A DNA stretch of 41,431 bases from a virus (Duplodnaviria > Caudoviricetes). Of this stretch, positions 8,980 to 17,576 are shown one piece after another. Position 1 is the stretch's first letter. Every line of letters begins with the position of its first letter. The stretch covers positions 1 to 41,431 of the IMG/VR virus record IMGVR_UViG_3300024251_000003; one strand, 5' to 3'. A program made the position numbers and the translations under genes. The notes beneath the pieces are model-generated. The model was not told where the DNA came from. It searched no databases and saw only the letters and a list, made by a program, of their open reading frames with translations.

Positions 8980-9393
8980 ATGATGAACCGCAGAAGTTTC
9001 TTAACCGCCTGTCTAGCTACTCTCTCCGCGCCCGCAATCGTCCGGGCTTCCAGCTTAATGCCCTTGTCCGTCAGGCTTCCTATCCTTTGGGGCGACGGCC
9101 TGCATGATGATACAGAGGCTTTTCACAGGCTTTTGGTTAGGGAAAAGATCCAGTCACAAAAAAATGTCTTTTGGCGCGACAACACACTGTATATCCCAGC
9201 CGGAACCTATTTGGTAAATTCGGCTATTGATTCGCATCTAAAAGGAGATGGCAGAAAGACTGAGATTAAAATCTCTGGCGATCCAACTACAAATTCGCTT
9301 CCTTTTCTCCAACCTAAATCTAAAATAGAGAAAGCGTTTATTGATCTTTATCCGCAGAACGCTTCCCCGAAGAACTACTGGTGGCCCACTTGA
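8980..9393 (+). CDS. Tat-like signal protein with pectate-lyase-type N-terminal motif
   Basis: MNRRSFLTACLA... and GDGLHDDTEAF...LYIPAGTYLV. Confidence 0.6.
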   Translation: MMNRRSFLTACLATLSAPAIVRASSLMPLSVRLPILWGDGLHDDTEAFHRLLVREKIQSQKNVFWRDNTLYIPAGTYLVNSAIDSHLKGDGRKTEIKISGDPTTNSLPFLQPKSKIEKAFIDLYPQNASPKNYWWPT

Positions 9394-9728
9394 TCCATTC
9401 CAGAAAGGTTTATATTGTGATGGGAAATACTGGCGAGTGCTCAGACTACCGCCAGTGGCCGGTCGATGCGTGGCTATCGGAAGATCGAGCCAAAGCCAGA
9501 GTCATTGAACTTGAGCATTTGTTGCGCATTAACCTTATTTCCAGCAGCAATCTATCCAAAGATCACAAACAGAGGGCCGCAGGAGTTAAGGCCGTGAAGT
9601 CTGCTCCAAACGGCGACCCTATGCTTGAACTTGACTGGTATTCAGCAGGTTACGAAATTATGGAGTGCGAGCTAAAACTTGAGGTGGCAACGGCGCTACC
9701 AGCCCCTGACGTTCCTCAAGCTCGATAA
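9381..9728 (+). CDS. Hypothetical protein, last gene of the early operon
   Basis: KVYIVMGNTGE.SD pattern; start uncertain (9381 or 9420). Confidence 0.6.
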   Translation: MAHLIHSRKVYIVMGNTGECSDYRQWPVDAWLSEDRAKARVIELEHLLRINLISSSNLSKDHKQRAAGVKAVKSAPNGDPMLELDWYSAGYEIMECELKLEVATALPAPDVPQAR

Positions 9729-9885
9729 TCAGCAGATTCCGCTCAGTCACAACGTAGTCGATTGCGCGCCATAAATTAAGGTGAGGCGGCGCACCGTATA
9801 AAGCGCATTGCGATAAGGCCAGCGCGATCTGCTCGCTTTCCGTTGGGGCATGGGGAGCTACTTCGCGGACTCTTGCGTGGCCCAT
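9658..9885 (-). CDS. Hypothetical protein after Rz1
   Basis: ATG 9885 with GGAG upstream; overlaps the end of Rz1. Confidence 0.35.
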   Translation of the reverse strand: MGHARVREVAPHAPTESEQIALALSQCALYGAPPHLNLWRAIDYVVTERNLLIIELEERQGLVAPLPPQVLARTP

Positions 9886-10103
9886 TTGATCCACTCCCGC
9901 ACGCGCGACGCGCACTCCGCATACAACCCCGCGATAACGGTAAGCGTCACAGCCAAGTCATCGGCCCTCGCGCTCGCCGGTTCCGGTAGGGGCTGGCATA
10001 GCCCCAGGCTTGGCGGATTTCTCGGGATCGTTGGCGAGTCGGATAGCGTCCCGCACGCCGTTAAAAACAGGATCAGACACAGCACACTCAGTAGGATTTT
10101 CAC
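9858..10103 (-). CDS. Rz1: Outer-membrane spanin (Rz1-like lipoprotein)
   Basis: Lipobox LTAC, Pro-rich, overlaps the 3' part of Rz in another frame. Confidence 0.85.
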   Translation of the reverse strand: MKILLSVLCLILFLTACGTLSDSPTIPRNPPSLGLCQPLPEPASARADDLAVTLTVIAGLYAECASRVREWIKWATQESAK

Positions 10104-10356
10104 GTACAGCCCTCTCGACAGTTAAAACACGGTCGCGGAACACGGTGCGGACTTCCTGCCGCTCGTTCTCGGCTTCCGCCTCGTTCTGCATATCCTCGAC
10201 GGCTTGGGCGTGCGCTTCGGCCATTTTGGCCTTCAGGGATTCGCCGTAGGCGGCCTTGTCTGCGTTTTCCTGATTCGTCGCGCCTGATTCGTAAGAGTGC
10301 CAGCAGGACAACGCCCAAAGAATTCCAACAGCCAGAAGCGCGTATGGATTAGGCAC
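9958..10356 (-). CDS. Rz: Inner-membrane spanin (Rz-like)
   Basis: N-terminal TM, coiled coil, C-terminal Cys; follows the endolysin. Confidence 0.85.
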   Translation of the reverse strand: MPNPYALLAVGILWALSCWHSYESGATNQENADKAAYGESLKAKMAEAHAQAVEDMQNEAEAENERQEVRTVFRDRVLTVERAVRENPTECAVSDPVFNGVRDAIRLANDPEKSAKPGAMPAPTGTGEREGR

Positions 10357-10846
10357 CGCCGTTGCCGCCGATAACTACCTGCCACGCCTGATCGTAGAAA
10401 GCATCCCACGATTTACGATGCGGCATACCAGGTCGCCATGCCTCACGGTACTGTTGCCATCCTTCCTCCCGCTCGTTCTGCGCCGGCAGCTTACCCGGCA
10501 GCGTATAAAGCAGCAGCCGCGCAAAGCAGCAGGCCAGAACGTCATCGTTAATAATCGCCGTGTAAACGTCCCTTGGCAGAGCCGGGATGCCGCGATTGTT
10601 GCAGACGAATACCGCAGATCCACGCGATACCGGATGGCGCAGCACGTCGACCACGCCGCCGCCCTGCTCAAACTGCCAGTAACCATGAGCAGGGCCACCA
10701 TTATTCTGCACTCGATCGGTAAAGCGGGATTCCTGCAACCCGATGGCGAGCAGCATGGCTTTAGCTGCAAGGCTGTTATGCCCCGGCGACAGCAGGGCGA
10801 AGGCTTGCGGGAAAATCTCGTCGTTTATGCGTTTCAGGTCGCTCAT
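10349..10846 (-). CDS. Endolysin, lysozyme-like fold (putative)
   Basis: MLLAIGLQESRF...GGPAHGYWQFE; lies directly before the spanins. Confidence 0.75.
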   Translation of the reverse strand: MSDLKRINDEIFPQAFALLSPGHNSLAAKAMLLAIGLQESRFTDRVQNNGGPAHGYWQFEQGGGVVDVLRHPVSRGSAVFVCNNRGIPALPRDVYTAIINDDVLACCFARLLLYTLPGKLPAQNEREEGWQQYREAWRPGMPHRKSWDAFYDQAWQVVIGGNGGA

Positions 10847-11187
10847 TCGGTCAACCTCCTGAATGCCTCGTCCTCGGTCATCCCGTAAGCCCGCGCAGCA
10901 TCAATCGCCATGCCTCCGGCCGTGTATCCCGGATACATCAACTGCACCCGTAGCGCCTCAAATTCACACATTAGCCGGTAAGTCTTGCTGATCGAGTTAA
11001 GGATAGGGTGAAGGAAAAACGTCCTATACCCCTGCCATACGTGCGTCATTTCGTGCGCTAGTTGCCCCTCGTTGTAGCCCTCTGGCATCGTGACAAACAT
11101 CGCCAGCGTGCGGCCGTAGACGCCTTCCGGCAGAGCGCCGACTTTGATGAAGGCGGGGAAGATTCCGTAGACGAAGCGAACCATCAC
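10843..11187 (-). CDS. Small zincin-like metallopeptidase
   Basis: LAHEMTHVWQ (HExxH) plus a downstream Glu (EFEA). Confidence 0.65.
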   Translation of the reverse strand: MMVRFVYGIFPAFIKVGALPEGVYGRTLAMFVTMPEGYNEGQLAHEMTHVWQGYRTFFLHPILNSISKTYRLMCEFEALRVQLMYPGYTAGGMAIDAARAYGMTEDEAFRRLTE

Positions 11188-11600
11188 CCTTTACTCTCAG
11201 AAAGCCCGTCAGCCTTTGCCGCAGGAACAGTCCCGTCTGGAAGTGGGGGCGCTGGAGTAACTGGAGTTGCGTTCGGAACCGCATTAGCCACTACAGCAGC
11301 AGCAACAGCGGGGGCCTGCGAAGCAATGCCAGCCACTACGCTATCAGTCCGCGCAGACCTAGCAATATTCGCTTGCTGTGCAGCCTCCGCACCTTTGCTG
11401 CCATCGAAGTAGTATTTAATGACTCCAAGCTGAATACTGCTCATAATTCCAGCGAGTGTATAGAGTAGCTTTTCGTTAGCCTCCGGCACAGGCGCTTGAG
11501 TCAGTATATACATCATAGCCAGATAGCCCATCGTATAGATTATTGCTAATCCATCTCGGGCGGCGGACGTTTCTGGCAGTGGTGCGCGCCGTTCTTCCAT
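11184..11600 (-). CDS. Putative holin (2 TM)
   Basis: Two TM helices and YYFDGSK motif in the lysis cassette. Confidence 0.6.
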   Translation of the reverse strand: MEERRAPLPETSAARDGLAIIYTMGYLAMMYILTQAPVPEANEKLLYTLAGIMSSIQLGVIKYYFDGSKGAEAAQQANIARSARTDSVVAGIASQAPAVAAAVVANAVPNATPVTPAPPLPDGTVPAAKADGLSESKG

Positions 11601-11602
11601 GC

Positions 11603-11875
11603 TTACCTAAACGAAACCACCGGACTGCCAGTAAGGAATCCGAGCAGCATCACAATCAGAATGAGTGCCGCCACAACGTAGATAATCGTCGTGATGATCT
11701 TGCCGAACGGTTCAGGAGGTGCCACCTTACCGACAATGAACAGCAGCAGCCATATTACCAATGCGAAGATCAACAGATAGACTACCAATTCCACAAGGCC
11801 GGATAGTGATAGGCTTACAGCGGCCAATGCTAACGGTGAGGCAAGAGCGAGCATTAAAGCTAAGGCATACTTCAT
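11603..11875 (-). CDS. Small multi-TM membrane protein
   Basis: Almost entirely hydrophobic 90 aa. Confidence 0.7.
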   Translation of the reverse strand: MKYALALMLALASPLALAAVSLSLSGLVELVVYLLIFALVIWLLLFIVGKVAPPEPFGKIITTIIYVVAALILIVMLLGFLTGSPVVSFR

Positions 11876-11906
11876 TGTGATTCCTTTACGTTGTTTCCCT
11901 GAAGAT

Positions 11907-12221
11907 TTATCTATTTCTCAATTTGTCTCGTAACTGCTCAATCTGTCCGCGAAGATCTGCGATGCTACCTACTAAGCTATCAATGCGAACTAATGAGGCA
12001 GCGTTAGGGGCAGCCAAGGCATGAACGCTGGTAGTGACCCCATCAACGCGAATTTCCAATCCACCTACCCTGCGCGCTATATCACGCACCTCTCCGGTAA
12101 GCCCCGCTGCCCACCACACCACGCCTATCGTCTGCGCGAACATTGTAAAGATCAACGCGGCCGGAACTTCCTTGCCTATGTGCCAGCTTTGGCGGTTATT
12201 CTGCGTCGGGCGTTGTGCCAT
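11907..12221 (-). CDS. TM plus coiled-coil protein (lysis-associated)
   Basis: WHIGKEVPAALIFTMFAQTIGVVWWAA followed by heptads. Confidence 0.7.
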   Translation of the reverse strand: MAQRPTQNNRQSWHIGKEVPAALIFTMFAQTIGVVWWAAGLTGEVRDIARRVGGLEIRVDGVTTSVHALAAPNAASLVRIDSLVGSIADLRGQIEQLRDKLRNR

Positions 12222-12375
12222 TTTTCAACTTTTCTTCCGCCGCTTTCAGCCTCGCCTGCGTCGACGCCAGTTCACTAGCAAGAGCAGCCCCACGATTGCA
12301 CAGCGCTGCAATTTGTAGCTGAATTTCCTGCTGCCTCGCATACTCGCGAATATCTAGGTCTGTTGGTTCGCTCAT
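12196..12375 (-). CDS. Small coiled-coil protein, 59 aa (possible fibre chaperone)
   Basis: Translated by hand (MSEPTDLDIREYARQQEIQLQIAALC...); SD AAGGA. Confidence 0.6.
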   Translation of the reverse strand: MSEPTDLDIREYARQQEIQLQIAALCNRGAALASELASTQARLKAAEEKLKNGTTPDAE

Positions 12376-12388
12376 GGTTGATCCTTAG

Positions 12389-13354
12389 TTATGCAGACAC
12401 CACGCCCAATTGCGCGGAAATCCAGGTGTTTGCAGCGGTGAAATAATAGATACAACGCTTTGCGTTGGTCAGTGCAACTCCGGTTGCTCCTGCGACACCG
12501 TCAATTGTTTCGGAAGCTGATGCGTAGACTTGCACTAGGTTCGCCCCAGCATTAAACACAACGATTGCCATTCCAATGCTTCCAACTGGCAAGATAACGC
12601 CTGTGCCTCCTGCCGCTGTCGTTATGTTGTTCGTTGTGGCGGCGAGCTGTAGTGCGGTAGCGCGGTCTGTTCCTACAGCCGTTAGCGCATTGCCGACGCT
12701 TGCTAGGTAGTACTTTCCTGATAGGGTTCCAGCTACGCTTGCGGCCGCGCCAGTCCCAAACCCCATAACTCCAGCGGCAAGGCGGGAAATTCCAGTATCA
12801 ACCGCCGCAGTCGCATCATTAGCGTCAGTTGACCAAGTGAAAACACTGTCCCTGCCTATTCCAGTTGCAGCAGCTTTGAAGGATGTTACATATTTAGGGC
12901 CGGACAGAGCCACCCATATAAAAGAACCGTTAAAAGCAATTCCAGCACTGTCGCCGAACGAAAGGTTGTATGGGTTGACACCTGTTCCGCTAATACCTAA
13001 GTTGCCTGTTTTACCGACGCTTATTAAATTCGTAGTTCCTGCTGCTCCTCCCAAAATCTGCAACGGCAGAAACCCCGCCGCGCTCGTAGTGTCGGTGAAC
13101 ACAAACTTAACGCCAGTGGCTACCGCTGCGTTGTTGTTTGTTCTTGTTACACTTAAGGCGGCTACGTCTGTTGTTGCGGTGCCTGCGCCAATAAATACGC
13201 CCTGTCCTGCCGTAGTCCCGAATGTGAGATTTGCGGAATCAGCTAGCACAGGGCCAGCGGCTACGTATAGAATTCTGCCTGCGGTGCCACTGGTTACTGT
13301 GTCGCCGATAGCGATGCCGCTAGATCCTGATGCTGCAGCTACTGCTCTAAGCAT
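12389..13354 (-). CDS. Tail fibre-like structural protein
   Basis: G/T/A-rich beta-type sequence; shares blocks with 20777..21919. Confidence 0.7.
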   Translation of the reverse strand: MLRAVAAASGSSGIAIGDTVTSGTAGRILYVAAGPVLADSANLTFGTTAGQGVFIGAGTATTDVAALSVTRTNNNAAVATGVKFVFTDTTSAAGFLPLQILGGAAGTTNLISVGKTGNLGISGTGVNPYNLSFGDSAGIAFNGSFIWVALSGPKYVTSFKAAATGIGRDSVFTWSTDANDATAAVDTGISRLAAGVMGFGTGAAASVAGTLSGKYYLASVGNALTAVGTDRATALQLAATTNNITTAAGGTGVILPVGSIGMAIVVFNAGANLVQVYASASETIDGVAGATGVALTNAKRCIYYFTAANTWISAQLGVVSA

Positions 13355-13369
13355 GATTATTTGTCCTTT

Positions 13370-15187
13370 TCATACCCACTGATTTTTTACGAACTCATCG
13401 AACGACATATAAGACCATATCAACGTGCATCCGTTGACACCGGACCCCAATGTGTAATTTACATAAACGTCGCCAAATAGCAGATTGGCATTGTTCAAAA
13501 CATCAATTCCAGTGCCATCGAACTGCGCTACCGCCCCAGCCGTTGCGAACCAGTTTCCAGACATTAAGGCGGTTGATTGCAACCAGGCATTAGCTGCTAC
13601 TTGGGCCACCCCTGTAAAAGACGTTGGACCTTTTGGCTTAATTAAAAATATCTTGCTAATATCTATCCCTGCCCCGAGATGGCTGCCAAGAATATTTACC
13701 GTCAGAATCTTAAATCCGCTACCGTCAATCGGAATGCTTCCGACAATTAGATTTACAGCTACCCCTGTTCCATTCGCCAAAGTTACCTGCGCCGTGGTCG
13801 CCTGAGTAGTCGGCGTGAGGTTGAATTGCTTTGTCAGAATCCCATCAATCAGAACGTAAGTAGATGGAAGTGTCGAACGATAGGTTGGATTGCCATATTG
13901 GTAAAACTGCCCGCGCGCAGAAACAAGCCCTGGGCCATTAAACACAAGAGGCGCAGTTGAGCATTGAACTTCATTCCAGATATTTAGATTAGAGCTTCTG
14001 ATTGTTCCGCTTGTATCGGCGTAGATAATCGTAGTGTTTGCCGGGCCTCCACCAGCACCAATAGACCAGGTTTTTATATTTATGTCTCCGTTATAAACGG
14101 TGGCCGGAGTCCCAATGTAAATACCTTGTTGATCCTCTTGGATCAACAGTTCCACATCATTGATATAAAGGCCATGATAGGACTCACCTGGAGTTGCATT
14201 GCTTCCCGCAACGGCAATTCTTTGAAAGCAGCCGCTGATGTAGCAATGAGTAATTGATGTGTTCTCAACCGATGAAGTTGGCGTATCGTTATTCAGCCAG
14301 ATTCCGACCTCCATATTCCGAATGTCTAGGTTATGAAGCTCAGTCCCGCACGCCTTTCTGATGCGTATTCCAGTTCCGTTGTAACAATGACCGACGGTGT
14401 AAGTTGGGTTTGACGCTGGCCGAATAGCGAAGTCCCTTAGATGTGCGCCCCCAATACCAGCGCCGCCCGATGTCGTAGAAACAACATCTATTAATGGCTT
14501 AGTAGGATTCCCGCCCGGACCAATGCCTGTTCCCGTAAGAGCATTTATAAATACCGTGTTTTCCCTGCCGTCGCCTTGGATGGAAACGGCGAACTCCGTA
14601 ACGCTTGATCCTGTAGTAGTCAATGTGTCGGTGATGAGATAACTACCCGTTGGGCAATGCACCAAACCATCGACGCCTTTTACAGAGTTGATGGCGTTTT
14701 GAACTGCGGTAGTAACATCAAGCGATAGCGTTCTCGCCTTAACATCAGCTATCTGAGCGGCGGTCATAAAATCAAAAGCACTTACTATCTGCCTGTTTTT
14801 TGTCTGCAGAGTTGTTGCTACGGCACCCGTTCCGGCCTGAATAAATCCCACTAAAGACGATCCACTCGAAGCCGCCAATGCCGCTGATATAGGCGGCTGG
14901 ATGCCGTAAACATCGTGATACGACATTAAGACATTTCCATCCACGTCCTTAATGTCGAAACGATAGGAAAGCCCGTCTGTAAGCCATACCTCATGCGGTG
15001 GACGGCCGTATGCGTCCAGTTCTATAGGATTGTCGTTAGCAACATTCCCGGCAGAAGTCGTGTATGTGGCTTGCGGAGTTGTTCCGTTGGCAGCATAGGT
15101 ATTGATGAATCCGCCTTTGTTCGGTAATCCACCATTGGTAAAGCTCTGGTAGGCTATGCCTATTGTTGGCGAGAGGGATACAGTCAT
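13370..15187 (-). CDS. Tailspike with beta-helix (pectate-lyase-like) domain
   Basis: N-terminal particle-binding NPIELDAYGR, GFIQAGTGAV linker, DVTTAVQNAIN...PTGSYLI. Confidence 0.85.
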   Translation of the reverse strand: MTVSLSPTIGIAYQSFTNGGLPNKGGFINTYAANGTTPQATYTTSAGNVANDNPIELDAYGRPPHEVWLTDGLSYRFDIKDVDGNVLMSYHDVYGIQPPISAALAASSGSSLVGFIQAGTGAVATTLQTKNRQIVSAFDFMTAAQIADVKARTLSLDVTTAVQNAINSVKGVDGLVHCPTGSYLITDTLTTTGSSVTEFAVSIQGDGRENTVFINALTGTGIGPGGNPTKPLIDVVSTTSGGAGIGGAHLRDFAIRPASNPTYTVGHCYNGTGIRIRKACGTELHNLDIRNMEVGIWLNNDTPTSSVENTSITHCYISGCFQRIAVAGSNATPGESYHGLYINDVELLIQEDQQGIYIGTPATVYNGDINIKTWSIGAGGGPANTTIIYADTSGTIRSSNLNIWNEVQCSTAPLVFNGPGLVSARGQFYQYGNPTYRSTLPSTYVLIDGILTKQFNLTPTTQATTAQVTLANGTGVAVNLIVGSIPIDGSGFKILTVNILGSHLGAGIDISKIFLIKPKGPTSFTGVAQVAANAWLQSTALMSGNWFATAGAVAQFDGTGIDVLNNANLLFGDVYVNYTLGSGVNGCTLIWSYMSFDEFVKNQWV

Positions 15188-15294
15188 TTCTTGCTTTCGC
15201 CTTCTATGCGTTTGTACTCATCCTGCGAAAAATACACAGGGCGCTTTTCAAAAACGCGTTTTATGATCCATGAAATAAATATCCATTCGGTCAT
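15184..15294 (-). CDS. Small protein, 36 aa
   Basis: MTEWIFISWIIKRVFEKRPVYFSQDEYKRIEGESKK; ATGA overlaps at both ends. Confidence 0.5.
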   Translation of the reverse strand: MTEWIFISWIIKRVFEKRPVYFSQDEYKRIEGESKK

Positions 15295-17576
15295 GGCTTT
15301 ACTCCTTGTGACTTCGCATACACCGACTTTGCATAATCCGGGTCCATCAGCATTCTATTAAGCTCTCCTTCGTATTTTACGGCTCGCCCTTTATTAATAA
15401 ATTGCTGCGTTACCTCTATACCTGCCGCCCCATGCGAGACAACAGGAACACCGGAGTATTTCAATTTATTAACCAGCCATTCAATTCTTGAGCTTAATTT
15501 ACTTTGCGCTGCCTGCAATTGCGCGGTCTGCGATCCAGTAATGCGCGCCGCAGACTCGACGTTTTGCTGGCGTACAACATCTTCCGCAAGTGACTTAAGC
15601 GTGGATATCTCGTCCTTACTAAGAATGTTCGACATCTTAGCGCCGCTGAATTTGGTTGCCAGTTTTGCTGTCTGGTCTGGATGTTCAAGTGCCTTAACGA
15701 ACTGTCCTATGGTAGTACGATCGCCTCCATATCCGTTCACCGCAGGAAGTAATTTTTCCTTCAAATACTGCCCTACTTCCAACCTGTTTATAGGACGGCT
15801 GGCCGCCTCAAATTCACTCATTGCCTTTGCATATTCTGGCGATAGCTTTTGCATCAACCCGACAAGTTGATCCTGTACGCCATGCAATACACGGACAGCA
15901 GTATTGTCGCCAGCCTTTACCGCCTTGGATATCTCACTGTCCAGAGCCATCTTCATATAGTGCATATGCTGAATTGGCTGATCGCTCTTTATGGCTATTC
16001 CTTCATTCTTCGCCAAAGCGTCTGCGTTACGTATCGCATCTTGGATAGCAGGCTTTTTGAGTAGATCTCCCATCTCGCGCTTTATTTCCAGCGGTTGCTT
16101 AGTAAAATCAATAACTTTATTCTGCGCTGCCTCGTATAGCGGTCTTGTTATTTGCCTGCGCGCATCAGTGAAGTAAGCCATTTCTTCAGGACTGCCAGCG
16201 AATTGCTCCATCAATGATGTGCGAGCAGACTGCCTGCCGATACGATTATCTGCGATATCGTTTGCAAGCTCAGTAGATTTAGACTGCTGGCTGCGTTGCA
16301 ATTGGGCCAATCCAGGGTCTTTAGTAACCTCTGCAAGCGTGGGCTTTGATCCAGGCACTAGCTGCTTGTTTTCGGAACGTAAAATTGCTTCCGGGTCTTT
16401 TGCAAACCGCTTAATAGTTTCTAGCGCTGCTTGCTGTTCCCACGTAATGCCCTTTGCCGCTGCTGCCGCTTCTACGGGGTTCGCAACCGCAGTCGCATTC
16501 CCGCGCACTGTTACCCCGCCTTCTGGCTTTTGTTGATCCCATGCGGTTGCAGCTTTTGGCGAAACAGGCTCTTGCGGAACAAGTTGCAATGGCGGGCGCA
16601 CTGCAGCTAGTGGTTGCGTTGTTACTGCCTGCTGTTGTGCAGCCCTAAATCCAACTGGATTTTGTGCCGTTATGTCTATTGGATTGCCTATCTGCGAAAT
16701 AGGCACGGAAGCAGTCTGCGGACGAGATACGGATTCGCGTACAGTTTCATTTGCAGCAAGTCGCGGCACGCTTGCGGTAGATGATCCTTGTCCGCGCATT
16801 AGAAGCGCCGGAAGTGCATTTATAGCCGTATCTACCGCCGTCGCCGCTCCCGGCTTTCCAGTGGCGCGCAGCGTCGCATCGCCAACCGCTTGACCTACCC
16901 GAGCAGGCCACGTCAAAGGATTGAATGGCGAATGCATTATGTCTTGAAGTAGTATTCCTCCAGCCGTATCTGGCCTTCCTGTTCCACGCTCAATAGTCGC
17001 TCTTGTCGCATCTGCAGCCGCTTCTGATCCACGGCCATTAGCAAGAACGCGCAATCCCTCATAACCACCAAGAATTGACGCCCCGACACCACGCACGCCG
17101 CGTATAGCTGCATCCCCTAAATCTGACGGCTGCACCTGTTTTTTAGAAAACGCCTCTGGCGTGGTAGTTGGAATCCTGTCCAATATGCTGCGCGGTGAGT
17201 CGGATAGCTTTGGTGGAACTTTTCCAGTTGAAACATTTGCTGGCGAAGAATCCCCGCTCATAGCCGACTCCACTATGTCGGCAAGCCCTCCCTTTTGAGG
17301 AGTAAATGCCGTAGCGCGTTCTCCAGACATCAGCGGCTTAGATGCGACACCATCCCCAGACTGACCGCCAACGCCCCCAGACTGACCGCTTAATTCTCGT
17401 TGGATAGCCTGTATATTTCCCTCATGCAGCGGCCGGCTCTCTGGCGCCGCCGTAGAAAGCAGCCTGCGCTCGTTTTCCAGTTCCGATGCTAGGATTGCTC
17501 GAGGATTGACTGGCGGCGGCGCAGCATCGCTCCTGCGCGATCCTAGAGCCTGTTCTACGGTATCAGACAAGCCCAT
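15291..17576 (-). CDS. DNA ejection/internal virion protein (P22 gp16 position)
   Basis: Large helical Ala/Gln-rich protein; gene order. Confidence 0.7.
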   Translation of the reverse strand: MGLSDTVEQALGSRRSDAAPPPVNPRAILASELENERRLLSTAAPESRPLHEGNIQAIQRELSGQSGGVGGQSGDGVASKPLMSGERATAFTPQKGGLADIVESAMSGDSSPANVSTGKVPPKLSDSPRSILDRIPTTTPEAFSKKQVQPSDLGDAAIRGVRGVGASILGGYEGLRVLANGRGSEAAADATRATIERGTGRPDTAGGILLQDIMHSPFNPLTWPARVGQAVGDATLRATGKPGAATAVDTAINALPALLMRGQGSSTASVPRLAANETVRESVSRPQTASVPISQIGNPIDITAQNPVGFRAAQQQAVTTQPLAAVRPPLQLVPQEPVSPKAATAWDQQKPEGGVTVRGNATAVANPVEAAAAAKGITWEQQAALETIKRFAKDPEAILRSENKQLVPGSKPTLAEVTKDPGLAQLQRSQQSKSTELANDIADNRIGRQSARTSLMEQFAGSPEEMAYFTDARRQITRPLYEAAQNKVIDFTKQPLEIKREMGDLLKKPAIQDAIRNADALAKNEGIAIKSDQPIQHMHYMKMALDSEISKAVKAGDNTAVRVLHGVQDQLVGLMQKLSPEYAKAMSEFEAASRPINRLEVGQYLKEKLLPAVNGYGGDRTTIGQFVKALEHPDQTAKLATKFSGAKMSNILSKDEISTLKSLAEDVVRQQNVESAARITGSQTAQLQAAQSKLSSRIEWLVNKLKYSGVPVVSHGAAGIEVTQQFINKGRAVKYEGELNRMLMDPDYAKSVYAKSQGVKP

